Made by a program: the position numbers and the translations under genes. From Verrucomicrobiaceae bacterium (GTDB lineage: Bacteria; Verrucomicrobiota; Verrucomicrobiia; Verrucomicrobiales; Akkermansiaceae), in the NCBI GenBank assembly GCA_051252135.1, contig JBPOGH010000018.1:1-64000 (forward strand): a DNA stretch of 64,000 nt. Direction: 5' to 3'. The notes beneath the pieces were generated by a model. The model had not been told where the DNA came from. It saw only the letters and a list, made by a program, of their open reading frames with translations, and searched no databases. Each line of letters begins with the position of its first letter. The stretch's first letter is position 1. Positions 10,296 to 19,519 of the stretch are shown in pieces.

Positions 10296-11276
10296 TCAAC
10301 CCAGTTCTCCGAGGGCGACGCTGACGAGGAAGGCATCGTCGACAAAGAGCGAGTAGAGCTCTTCGAATGAGGAGGCTGCGACGGCGGCGGGATCGGTCTT
10401 GATGAGCTTCCATTCCTTACCTTCCCGGCGGATTTCGTATCCGGAGGTGTAGGCGGAGAGGAGGTGTGCGAGGCATTCCGAACCGGCTTGATCATCCTCT
10501 CCCTTGAGGAGGTTCTGAAGGGCGTCGACGAGGAGGGGTCGTTTGCCGTCTGCTCCGAGTTCGGAGAGGGAGGCTTCGACCTTGGCGATGTCGGCCGGCT
10601 TGGTGGCTGCAGCGAGGAGGCTTTGGAGGCGGTTTCTGACTTTTTCGGCCAGTTCGAGGCGGCCCTGACGGGTGAGGCCTTCGATGTTGTTGAGCCGGGC
10701 GTCGGGGAAGGAGTCCTCTTGTTGGAGGGAGAGCCTGAGGAGATCGCGGAAGGCCCTGATGGTGGAGGGTTGGTTCTCGAGGAGGGTGGGGATGGCGATG
10801 CAGGCGAGGAGCCGGGACTGGTGGTACATTTGTTCCAGCCCTGAGATTTTCATTTGGGCGAGGGAGCGGTTTTGCTCCTTCAGCTGGTAGAAGTCCATGG
10901 CGCGTCGAAGGGTGACCTCGAGCTCGGCCAGGTCCCAGGGTTTGGTGACGTAGCGGTAGATGCCGCCTTCGTTGACGGCATCGATGGCGGCATCGAGGTC
11001 ACTGTAGGCGGTGGAAAGGATTTTGACGGCGTCGGGCTTCTGTTGGGCGATGGCGGCGAGGACTTCGCTTCCGGACATGCCGGGCATGCGTTGGTCGGAA
11101 ACGACGACGCCGATGGTATCCTGATGCTCTTCAAAGAGTTTCAGTCCTTCTTCTCCGTCGGAGGCGACGTAGACCTTAAAGATTTTACTGAAGATCTGGG
11201 AGAAGTACTTCTGGGACTGGACTTCATCATCAATGAAGAGAATGGCATGTTGTTGATAAGTTGGATCAGCATTCAT
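10296..11276 (-). CDS. Response regulator (REC plus unknown C-terminal domain), PhcQ-like
   Basis: ILFIDDE, SDQRMPGMSG, TAYSD, YVTKPW; last gene of the operon. Confidence 0.85.
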   Translation of the reverse strand: MNADPTYQQHAILFIDDEVQSQKYFSQIFSKIFKVYVASDGEEGLKLFEEHQDTIGVVVSDQRMPGMSGSEVLAAIAQQKPDAVKILSTAYSDLDAAIDAVNEGGIYRYVTKPWDLAELEVTLRRAMDFYQLKEQNRSLAQMKISGLEQMYHQSRLLACIAIPTLLENQPSTIRAFRDLLRLSLQQEDSFPDARLNNIEGLTRQGRLELAEKVRNRLQSLLAAATKPADIAKVEASLSELGADGKRPLLVDALQNLLKGEDDQAGSECLAHLLSAYTSGYEIRREGKEWKLIKTDPAAVAASSFEELYSLFVDDAFLVSVALGELG

Positions 11277-11294
11277 GAGGCAGTGATGAGGTGT

Positions 11295-13898
11295 TTAATT
11301 AGTAGGGGTTGAGTCGGGAAAGGATAGCTGAAACTCGGTGAATCGTCCTTCTTCGGAATCGATGGCGACGTCGATATGATGGCGTTCCATGATTTGGTGG
11401 ACGATACTGAGGCCAAGGCCCATGCCTTGTCCGATTTCCTTGCTGGTGAAAAAGGGGTCAAAAATCTGTGCGCGGATGTCGGCGGGGATGCCGCAGCCAT
11501 TGTCGCGGAAGGTGGTGATGATTTGTCCTCCGCCATCGGTTGTGGGGGCGCGAGCGGCGCGGACGGTGATCTGGCCTTTGTGATCGGGGTCAGTGGACGT
11601 TCGATCTGCGATGGCGTCGATGGAGTTCTGGAAGAAGTTGGTGAAGACCTGGACGAGTTGGCCGCGGTCTCCCTGGATGGTGATGGAGGGGTCGACGGAG
11701 ATGTCGACGGAGATTTTATCGCTGAGTTGGTCACCGAAGAACTTGTGGGCGGACTCGATGGTGTCGAGGAGTTCGACGGGGCGCATGGGCTGAGGGCCGG
11801 TGGAGGTGAAGGAGCGGAGGTCGGTGATGATTTGTCCGACGCGGGAGACTCCTTCTTTTGCGTCCTTGAGGGCGTCCTGGAAGAATTCGGCGGTGTCGCC
11901 GGTAAGTTCCCCGCCGTGCATACCGATCATGTGGTGTGCGGCCTGGACGTAGTTGAGGGGGTTGTTGATCTCGTGGATGATGCCGGCGCTCATGCGGCCG
12001 AGGGCGGAGAGTTTTTCCTGACGAAGCATTTGGACTTCGTTTTCCTTGAGTTGTTCCATGGCGCGCTCGAGCTCGGCATTTTGTTCGCGGAGCTGGCGGC
12101 GGAAGCGGATCATGCCGATTTGGTTTTTGACGCGGAGGCTGAGTTCTCCGAGGGCGAAGGGCTTGGAGACGAAATCACTGGCGCCGGACTGGAGGCATTC
12201 GATTTTGATTTTTTCATCGGCCCGTGCGGTGAGCATGATGACGGGGATGTGGGAGAGGCGTTGATCGGCGCGGATGGCGCGGCAGACTTCCATGCCGTTT
12301 TTATCGGGCATCATGTAGTCGAGGAGGACGAGGTCGGGCTCGTATTGGCGGGCGAGGGCGAGGGCCTCGACGCCATCGCCGGCCTCGATGACCTTGTGGT
12401 CGCGGGAGAGCTCTGAGGAGAGGAAGGAGCGGAGGTCTTCCTCGTCATCGGCGACGAGGATGGTGAAGTCCGAGTTGTCACCATCCTGTTCCTTGTTTTC
12501 GAGGGTTGAGGAGGGGCCGAGCTCGGGGAGGGACATCATGGCCTGGCGATGCATCTCGGCGAGAGGGTCGGAGTGGCTGACCTCGATGGCTTGGGTGAGG
12601 GTGGCGGGGGAGGCGGGGAGATCGACGAAGAAGGTGGAGCCCTGGCCCTCGGTGCTCTCGACGCGGATGGTGCCGTCCATGACTTCGACGAGGCCTTTGA
12701 CGAGGGAAAGGCCGATGCCGGAGCCGCGGAATTTGCGGTTGGAGGAGGTGTCGGCCTGCCAGAAGCGGGAGAAGATTTGTTCTTGTTTCTCCTGGCTCAT
12801 GCCGATGCCGTTGTCCCGAACTTCGAGGTGGAGTTGGTCGTCGCGGAAGTCGGTGATGACGGTGATTTTTCCTCCGAAGTTGGTGAACTTGACGGCGTTG
12901 ATGAGGAGGTTGAGGATGATTTTTTCGATTTTGTCCTGATCGATGTCGAGGACGGGGAGGGGTGTTTTGTCGGTGATGGAGATGTTGATGTCCTTTCGGT
13001 CGGCGAGGTGGGACATGCCGGTGACGAGGCCGCGGAGGAAGAGTCCGGTATCGACGGGTTCCCGGTGGACCTGTTCATCGCCTTGATCGAAGCGGACGAG
13101 GTCGAGGAGGTTATCGATGAGGCCGAGGAGGCGGAGTCCGTTGGCGTGGAGGACTTCGAGGCGGGCGGGGAGGTCGTTGACCTGCCGGTCCCTGAGGGTC
13201 TCGGTGGTGCCCAGCATGATGGTGAGCGGGGTGCGGAGTTCGTGGCTGACGTTGGCGAAGAAGCGGGTTTTGGCTTCGTCGAGTTCCTGAAGGCGGAGTT
13301 GGTTCTCGGCGAGTTCGAGATTTCGGTCCTGGATTTCCTGTTGGAGGGAGAATTCCCGGCGGCGGGTGAGATCGTAGAGGTGGGCGCCGACGACGACGAG
13401 GGCGGCGTTGCTGCCGATGAAGAAGAAGTTGTTGATGAGGGTGCCGAGGGGGGCTGATTCGTCGGAGAACGTGATGGCGACGATGTAGGCGGCGATGAGG
13501 AAGAGGCTCATCTGGAGTCCCATTCTGGCGGTCCAGCGCATGAGGATGCCGAGGGCGACGAGGACGAGGTTGAGGCCGGCGTAGTAGGGGGAGTTTCCGC
13601 CATCGGTGATGAGGATCATCAGGGAGATGGAGCAGATGATGGTGATGGGGAGGTAGCTGGCGAAGTAGGGTGATACTTCTTCGGCGCTCGCTTGTTTCGC
13701 GCGGCGATAGATGAGGAGGGAGATGATGGTGGCGACGAAGCGGATGATCTGAATTTCCCAGAGGCATTCGGGATAGACAAAGATGTCGAGAACGACTCCG
13801 GTGACGCTGAGCACGGCCGCGATGAGGGCGGTGCTTTGGATGTTGCGGTGCCGAATGTTTTTTTCGTGCTCCTCGTATCCTTCGAAGGTTTGGCTCAT
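11295..13898 (-). CDS. Membrane hybrid histidine kinase: TM-HisKA-HATPase-REC-HisKA-HATPase (PhcS/PhcR-like fusion)
   Basis: SHELRTPLT, NAVKFT, DNGIG, REC (ADDE, LDYMMP, SKPF), second kinase HEINNPL..DNGCG..GMGLGL; ATG at 13898 overlaps the upstream stop (ATGA). Confidence 0.9.
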   Translation of the reverse strand: MSQTFEGYEEHEKNIRHRNIQSTALIAAVLSVTGVVLDIFVYPECLWEIQIIRFVATIISLLIYRRAKQASAEEVSPYFASYLPITIICSISLMILITDGGNSPYYAGLNLVLVALGILMRWTARMGLQMSLFLIAAYIVAITFSDESAPLGTLINNFFFIGSNAALVVVGAHLYDLTRRREFSLQQEIQDRNLELAENQLRLQELDEAKTRFFANVSHELRTPLTIMLGTTETLRDRQVNDLPARLEVLHANGLRLLGLIDNLLDLVRFDQGDEQVHREPVDTGLFLRGLVTGMSHLADRKDINISITDKTPLPVLDIDQDKIEKIILNLLINAVKFTNFGGKITVITDFRDDQLHLEVRDNGIGMSQEKQEQIFSRFWQADTSSNRKFRGSGIGLSLVKGLVEVMDGTIRVESTEGQGSTFFVDLPASPATLTQAIEVSHSDPLAEMHRQAMMSLPELGPSSTLENKEQDGDNSDFTILVADDEEDLRSFLSSELSRDHKVIEAGDGVEALALARQYEPDLVLLDYMMPDKNGMEVCRAIRADQRLSHIPVIMLTARADEKIKIECLQSGASDFVSKPFALGELSLRVKNQIGMIRFRRQLREQNAELERAMEQLKENEVQMLRQEKLSALGRMSAGIIHEINNPLNYVQAAHHMIGMHGGELTGDTAEFFQDALKDAKEGVSRVGQIITDLRSFTSTGPQPMRPVELLDTIESAHKFFGDQLSDKISVDISVDPSITIQGDRGQLVQVFTNFFQNSIDAIADRTSTDPDHKGQITVRAARAPTTDGGGQIITTFRDNGCGIPADIRAQIFDPFFTSKEIGQGMGLGLSIVHQIMERHHIDVAIDSEEGRFTEFQLSFPDSTPTN

Positions 13899-15310
13899 TC
13901 CGGTCCCCTGGTCAGTTTGAGAAAGAAGTTCACACCGGTGGCATCGACATCGATCTGCTTGGTGAAGTTTGAGCAGCGTTCCGGGACGAGGTCTTCCATT
14001 TCGGCGCGGGAGCGGTGGATGAGATCCCAGGCCATGACGTATTCCATCCAATCGATGACGGGGTTGGTGTCTGCGACGTTGGTGACGATGACTTCTCCGC
14101 CGGGGGTGACGAGGGTGGAGAAGAGTTCGACCATTTTCTTGCAGACCTTTTGGGAGAAGTAGTCGAAGAGTCCGGCGCAGTAGACCATGTCGTATTCGGC
14201 TGTCTGGAAGTCACCCCGGCTGGCCATTTTGAGGACCTGGTGGACGGATTTTTTCTCGAAGGTGACGTTGGTGTTGCGACCGTATCGGGCGCGTGCTTCT
14301 TCGAGGCGGGCGCGGGTGTAGGCGATGGTTTCGTCGTTAAAGTCGAGGAGGACGAAGTCGATGACGCTGGAGACTTCTTCGGTTTTGAGGATGCGGAGGA
14401 CTTCTTCGGCGGGGCCGCATCCGAGGTTGAGGACGCGGAGTCTTTGGCCGGCGCGTGCTTTTCGTTCGGCGGCATCACGGAGGGCGATGACGAGGTAGTC
14501 GATGCGGTTGCGGTGTGCTTCGGCGGGGGGTGCCTGGAGAAGCATGTGGTTGAAGAGCTTGGCGAAGACGGAGGCCCCATCGAACTCGTTCCGGAGGATC
14601 ATGTTCACCATTTCGTAGTCACCGGCGTAGCCGAGGGGTTTTTTGAAGGTGCGGTAGAGGAAGGGGGAGCAGAGGAGGTGGGGGTGGAGCTGGCGACGGA
14701 CGTAGGATTTGTGCATCGCGGTGGCTTCCTCATCGACATCCTCAACGGCGTGGCTGAAGTCGATGAGGAGGTTGTAGAGGCGTTCGCTTACGCCATCTTT
14801 CAGTTCGGAGAGGATTTCCATCTCGGTTTCCTCGCGTCCGATGCCGGGGGAGGATTTGAGTCCGAGGTCGATGCGGCCGAGCCATTTTTGGACACCGACG
14901 AACCAGTTTTCTGCTTCGGCGACGACGAGTTTGACGGGGTCGATGATGGTGTTGGAGCGGGTCCAATCATCGAAGAAGGAGTTGAGTTGGCCGGCGAGGC
15001 TGGAGTTTTTGCGCTGGCCGAAGACGTCGACATCGACCCAGGCGTCCTCGAGGATGACTTCGCAGATGAGGAAGATGCCGGTGTTGACGAGATTACTGAC
15101 GGTGGCCTTACCGGCATAGATGACCCGTTGATCGACAAAGATGCGGAAGTCCTGAAGAACTTCGGAAGATTGGACGATGCTGTAGGGGTTATAGACCTCG
15201 AAGACGACCGAGTATCGCTGCAGCTTGAGTACGTTGGCAACGAGATCGACGCCCTGGCTGTTGGAGCAGGAAACGGAGATCATCGAGTTTTCGTTCTCGG
15301 AAAGACTCAT
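13895..15310 (-). CDS. Class I SAM-dependent methyltransferase, PhcB-like (3-hydroxy fatty acid methyl ester signal synthase family)
   Basis: VLNLGCGPAEE SAM motif, KPLGYAGDYEMVNMI, YCAGLFDY; N-terminal NSQG..VFEVYNPYSIVQ.SEVL region recalled from the PhcB family. Confidence 0.75.
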   Translation of the reverse strand: MSLSENENSMISVSCSNSQGVDLVANVLKLQRYSVVFEVYNPYSIVQSSEVLQDFRIFVDQRVIYAGKATVSNLVNTGIFLICEVILEDAWVDVDVFGQRKNSSLAGQLNSFFDDWTRSNTIIDPVKLVVAEAENWFVGVQKWLGRIDLGLKSSPGIGREETEMEILSELKDGVSERLYNLLIDFSHAVEDVDEEATAMHKSYVRRQLHPHLLCSPFLYRTFKKPLGYAGDYEMVNMILRNEFDGASVFAKLFNHMLLQAPPAEAHRNRIDYLVIALRDAAERKARAGQRLRVLNLGCGPAEEVLRILKTEEVSSVIDFVLLDFNDETIAYTRARLEEARARYGRNTNVTFEKKSVHQVLKMASRGDFQTAEYDMVYCAGLFDYFSQKVCKKMVELFSTLVTPGGEVIVTNVADTNPVIDWMEYVMAWDLIHRSRAEMEDLVPERCSNFTKQIDVDATGVNFFLKLTRGPE

Positions 15311-15616
15311 GGTTGTCGGGTGATTTAGGAGGTGGGTCTTGGGAGGGGAATGGTGGGGCGCCCCTAGGGATTGCGCTTTGAATCAGGCTCTTGCGAAGAG
15401 CGCAAGTCCAGCGTTCAAGGGATTGGCGCGGCGTCAAGTCCAATGCGCATGATCTTGTAAATAGTGAGGCCCCCAGGGATGGGGGCGATGGACGGGAGGC
15501 ATGGGGATCATCCTAGGTGTCACAAACTCAGAGGGTAAGCACCGATTTAGGGGAGGAAGTGGAAGGGAGCGTTTGCATTTCGGGACGGGACGGGCTAAAG
15601 TTCGTTGTTTTTTCAG

Positions 15617-16027
15617 ATGAACCCGAACGCAAAACTCGTTGAATTTCAGACCCTTCGAGGTGAGCCCTACGTTGGGTTTCGCGGCGTGGGGATGAAGCCA
15701 CGGCGGTTTTTAACATTGTGCCGGGACCATCATTTTAATTTTTCCCAGATCGCCAATGAGTTGGAATTATCGTCAACGACGTTGCGGAAGGCGTTTCTGG
15801 AGTATGCGGGGATTTCTCCGAAGGCGTGGATGACGCAGCAGAGGGTGATGCTCTCGATGCGGTTGATCCGGGAGGGGAGGTCACTGCCGGAGGTGACAGC
15901 GGAGATGGGCTACAGCGATTACCAGCACATGGCGAGGGAGTTTCGCATGGTGGTGGAGTTTACGCCGAAGGCGATGCTGAAGCTGCTGAGGGGGCTTCAG
16001 GGGGTGGCGGAGCTGCCGAAGGGGTAG
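15617..16027 (+). CDS. AraC-family HTH regulator (DNA-binding domain only)
   Basis: IANELELSSTTLRKAF..GISPKAW, VTAEMGYSDYQHMAREFR. Confidence 0.8.
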   Translation: MNPNAKLVEFQTLRGEPYVGFRGVGMKPRRFLTLCRDHHFNFSQIANELELSSTTLRKAFLEYAGISPKAWMTQQRVMLSMRLIREGRSLPEVTAEMGYSDYQHMAREFRMVVEFTPKAMLKLLRGLQGVAELPKG

Positions 16028-16044
16028 GGGGTTTCGGCTCCTGA

Positions 16045-17214
16045 TTAGAAGGAGAATTGGTAGGAGAAGTTGAGAGCGTGGTTGATGGTGTCGTAGGTGC
16101 CGTTGACGGTGGGGTTGAGGTTGGCGATGACATCGTGGCCGCCGTTGTAGGCAAGGGTGTAGGAGAAGGCCCAGCCGGTTTGTTCGAGCTTGCGCCCGAA
16201 TCCGAGGCTCCAGAGGTGGAGGTTGGAGTCGGGGTTGAGGGGGGTGAAGGTGAGGTCGGGGGCGGAGTTATCACTGTAGATGTATCCGGCGCTGGCGAAG
16301 TAGCCGTTCTCGAGTTGGCGGGTGACGCCGAGTTGGTACATGAAGCCGGACTCGTAGTTGAAGGGGAAGGGGACGTCTCCGAAGGCGGTGCCCTGGAGGA
16401 CGGCGAGATCGACGGAGTCCCAGTCGGTCCAATCGACTCCGACCTCGATATTCCATTTGTCGGTGGGTCGGTAGGAGACGCCGGCGGCGAGGTTCATGGG
16501 GAAGTGGATGCGGGCCTGGGTGGGGTTGACTCCGCCGAGGGCGGTGGAGGTTCCGCGGTAGGTCATCTCGGAGGAGGAGCGGAAGTTGAGCCCGAAGGAC
16601 CATTGGTCGACGGGTTGCCAGAGGGCTCCGGCATTGAAGCCGACGGACATGTCATCTCCGGCGAAGGTGAAGTCGCCGGGGGCGATGCCGAGGGAGCGGG
16701 TGAAGGAGATTTCCGAGTAGTTGAGGGCGAGTCCGAAGCCGAGGGAGAGGTCGGGATTGATCTGGTAGGCGACGGTGGGGTTGACGGTGGCGAAGAGGAG
16801 TTCGCCCTCGATGGCGGCGGTGGGGAAGGGGGTGGCGCGGCCGTAGTCGAGCCCGAGTCCGTAGGGGGCGAAGACGCCAACGCCGTAGGAGAAGGGGGAG
16901 TCTTCGGGGGAGTTGACGTAGTAGATCTGGGGGGCGAACTGGAAGGAGGTGTCGGTGGCGGCGGTTCCGAGGGGGGAGGTGAATTCCGCTCCGGCGGAGA
17001 TGGCGTAGACGCCGATGCTGAGGTGTTGGCCTTCGAGCTGGGTGATGCCGGCGGGGTTGTAGTAGAGGGCGGAGGGGTTATCGGCGGTGGCGGTGAAGGC
17101 GTTTCCGCGGGCGATGGCCTCGGGGTCCTGGTTGGGGAGACGGAAGCCGACGGCGGAGAGGGGACCCGTGGTGGCGAGCGCGAGGGCGAGGAGGTTTGTT
17201 GCGGAAGGGGTCAT
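16045..17214 (-). CDS. OmpP1/FadL family outer-membrane long-chain fatty acid transporter
   Basis: ARGNAFTATADNPSALYYNPAG, APYGL, NPTVAYQIN, terminal aromatic residue. Confidence 0.9.
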   Translation of the reverse strand: MTPSATNLLALALATTGPLSAVGFRLPNQDPEAIARGNAFTATADNPSALYYNPAGITQLEGQHLSIGVYAISAGAEFTSPLGTAATDTSFQFAPQIYYVNSPEDSPFSYGVGVFAPYGLGLDYGRATPFPTAAIEGELLFATVNPTVAYQINPDLSLGFGLALNYSEISFTRSLGIAPGDFTFAGDDMSVGFNAGALWQPVDQWSFGLNFRSSSEMTYRGTSTALGGVNPTQARIHFPMNLAAGVSYRPTDKWNIEVGVDWTDWDSVDLAVLQGTAFGDVPFPFNYESGFMYQLGVTRQLENGYFASAGYIYSDNSAPDLTFTPLNPDSNLHLWSLGFGRKLEQTGWAFSYTLAYNGGHDVIANLNPTVNGTYDTINHALNFSYQFSF

Positions 17215-17241
17215 GATTTCGGGGAAGGTTTGTTTTGAGAG

Positions 17242-18216
17242 TCAGGAGAAGTCGAGCCTAATCAATTCGCGCCAAGCGGAGACAAGTCCTTGGGCGACTG
17301 GGGGTTTGGTGGAGATTTGGGGGTGGAGCTGGAGGGTGAGGGTGAGTTGGTTTTGGAAGGTGAGGCAGCCGGCGCCGAGGGGTTGGCAGCGGAGGACGGG
17401 GGGGGAGAAGAACCAGGGGCCGGCGAGGTTTTGATGGTCCCATGTTTTTTCCTGATCCCATTGGCCGAGGTTGGAGAAGGCGCCGAGGCAGGGCTCGGAC
17501 ATGACGCGGTCCATTTGGATGATTTTCTTTTTGAGTCCGGCGGGGACGACGCGTCCGAGGGAGTAGGTTTTCCAGTTGAGGAGGTGTTGGCCGAGGGCGA
17601 GTTTTTTACGGATGGTGGTGTGAAGTTGGGTGGGGGTGTGGTGGGGTTTGATCTGGGCGGTGACGTAGCTGGAGTGGTTATCCTCGTCATGGGGGCGGGA
17701 GATTTTTCCGCGGAGGTTGACGGGGACCATCCAGGAGATGGGGGTTTGGGGATCGGCGAGTTGGGTTCTGAGGGCGGTGTCGAGGTGCTTGAGGAGGAGG
17801 GTGTTGACGGTGATGCCTTGTTGGCGGCTGGCGGTGCGGATGAGGTCGGTTTCTTCCGGGGTGAAGGCGTGCCAGGCGAGTGCGGTGGGCGGGGTGTCTT
17901 TGTGGGAGGGAGCGTTTTCGGATTCGAGCCAGGCGATGGGTTTGCGTGATTTGAGGGTGCCGGGGATGGCCCCGAGGAGGGTGGGGAGGCCGATGTTTCC
18001 GGGGTGGGTGAGGGTGGGGAGGTCGGGGAGGTGGAGGCCGCGGGCTCTGAGGAGTCGGGCGAAGCCGCCGATGCCATCGACATCCTGGTGGCCGATGAAG
18101 TGCCAGTCGGGCCGGTCGGTGGCGGGGTTGAGTTGGCCGAAGCGGACGCCGATGAATTCGTCGAGTTCTTCGAGGGCTTCGAACCAGGGGCGGATGAAAT
18201 CGGTCGGGGTGGACAC
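17242..18216 (-). CDS. CoA-dependent acyltransferase / condensation-domain-like protein
   Basis: HxxxDG (HQDVDG), GITVNTLLL, VPVNLRG, FSNLG; GTG start at 18216 inferred. Confidence 0.7.
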   Translation of the reverse strand: MSTPTDFIRPWFEALEELDEFIGVRFGQLNPATDRPDWHFIGHQDVDGIGGFARLLRARGLHLPDLPTLTHPGNIGLPTLLGAIPGTLKSRKPIAWLESENAPSHKDTPPTALAWHAFTPEETDLIRTASRQQGITVNTLLLKHLDTALRTQLADPQTPISWMVPVNLRGKISRPHDEDNHSSYVTAQIKPHHTPTQLHTTIRKKLALGQHLLNWKTYSLGRVVPAGLKKKIIQMDRVMSEPCLGAFSNLGQWDQEKTWDHQNLAGPWFFSPPVLRCQPLGAGCLTFQNQLTLTLQLHPQISTKPPVAQGLVSAWRELIRLDFS

Positions 18217-18275
18217 GTTTTCTAGGGAAGCGGGGGCGGGGGAGTTTCGCGAGATTAAATTATGAGGGTGGTTCT

Positions 18276-18665
18276 TTAGTAGAAGAGAGCGTGGGCGAGG
18301 GTTCCAAGATGTGGGATCAGGAGGACAAAAATCAGCTCGGGCAGGCGGTCTTGGCGCGCGAATTGGTTCCAAAGACCCAGGGGTCTTTTGCTTTCAGTGA
18401 AGAAGACTCCATCCTCTTCAAAGTTGCGGGGGAGCGAGAGAAACCGGGTGTAGAAGGCAAATGCGATCCAGTAGAGAGACCAGATAAGATAATTGAGGTA
18501 GCCTCCGAGATTTACGGCCTCGGCGGAGGCGACGATGATTCCTGCGACGATGACGATCACGAGGAGGGTGCCATCGATCTTCCGTTTTTTTGAGCGTTGT
18601 CGAATCCTTTCCCTGGCTTCGGCGGCATCCAAAAGAGTGTCCAGATCGTCGGATTGGTCATTCAT
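18276..18665 (-). CDS. Hypothetical membrane protein
   Basis: 129 aa, 2-3 TM segments. Confidence 0.6.
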   Translation of the reverse strand: MNDQSDDLDTLLDAAEARERIRQRSKKRKIDGTLLVIVIVAGIIVASAEAVNLGGYLNYLIWSLYWIAFAFYTRFLSLPRNFEEDGVFFTESKRPLGLWNQFARQDRLPELIFVLLIPHLGTLAHALFY

Positions 18666-18759
18666 TTCTGAAGCGGTGATTTTTTTATGGGATCATTTGG
18701 GGAATCCCAGGAGAAGGTTATATTTGTGGGAAGGAGGAATTGGGTTTAGAAGGTTGGCG

Positions 18760-19260
18760 ATGAAAGCACTTGTTCTTTTTGTGGCTCTCTCGGTGAGCCG
18801 TTTGGTTGCGGGGGAGTCGATTGTGGCGGGGAATTTTGAGTTCCGTCCGGCGAAGCCGTGGGTGGTGCAGGAGGTGACGAGTCACATGGTGAAGGGGGCG
18901 CTCACTTATGGTGAGAAGGGGCCGCTGTTGAAATTTTACCATTTTGGCAAGGGTCAGGGGGGCGGGGTGCAGGCGAATGTGCAGCGGTGGAAGAAGCAGT
19001 TTGAGGGGGAGGTGAAGGTGACGCAGGAGAAGATCATGTATGATGAGCAGGAAGTGGCGATCGTGTTGATGGAGGGGATTTTTCTGGATGGGGGAATTAT
19101 GGAGCGGAAGACGCCGAAGGAGGGATATGCGATGCTGGGGGCGGTGATTCCGCATGAGAGCGGAGATGTTTTCCTGAAGATGAGTGGTCCGGCGGCGGAG
19201 GTGAAGAAGTCACACGAGGATTTTAAGAAGTTGATTGTGACGGGATTTACGGGGGAGTGA
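18760..19260 (+). CDS. Secreted hypothetical protein
   Basis: Signal peptide MKALVLFVALS; FGKGQGGGVQANVQRWKKQF motif. Confidence 0.75.
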   Translation: MKALVLFVALSVSRLVAGESIVAGNFEFRPAKPWVVQEVTSHMVKGALTYGEKGPLLKFYHFGKGQGGGVQANVQRWKKQFEGEVKVTQEKIMYDEQEVAIVLMEGIFLDGGIMERKTPKEGYAMLGAVIPHESGDVFLKMSGPAAEVKKSHEDFKKLIVTGFTGE

Positions 19261-19272
19261 TTTTTAAACGTA

Positions 19273-19477
19273 ATACCACTCCGAGTTCCAAAATAGCGGA
19301 ATGTTTGTTTTAAGGGCTCATTTTTGAACAGCACTTTGTGGAGTTGATCAAGCCGAGCGCTTTCTTGAGATAGCGGCGTTTTTCCTCGGTTGTGGTCTCC
19401 AGACCACGCCCTCGTCATGCCTTGCTCTCTCAAGAAATCACTTCGGCATTCCGCTATTTTGAAACTCTACTTGGTAT
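19273..19477. mobile_element. MITE-like palindromic element
   Basis: Terminal IR ATACCAnnnnGAGTTYCAAAATAGCGGAATG; inner IR TTCTTGAGA/TCTCAAGAA. Confidence 0.6.
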
Positions 19478-19518
19478 AAGAGCCCGCTTCCGGTGATGCC
19501 GGAGCGGGCTCTTTTTTT
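19478..19518. terminator. Intrinsic terminator hairpin
   Basis: AAGAGCCCGCT..AGCGGGCTCTTTTTT between convergent genes. Confidence 0.75.
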
Positions 19519-19519
19519 G

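Noticed and set aside
13899..14051. N-terminal extension of the kinase given by the ORF track
   Set aside because: It overlaps the methyltransferase; the ATGA-coupled start at 13898 is more plausible
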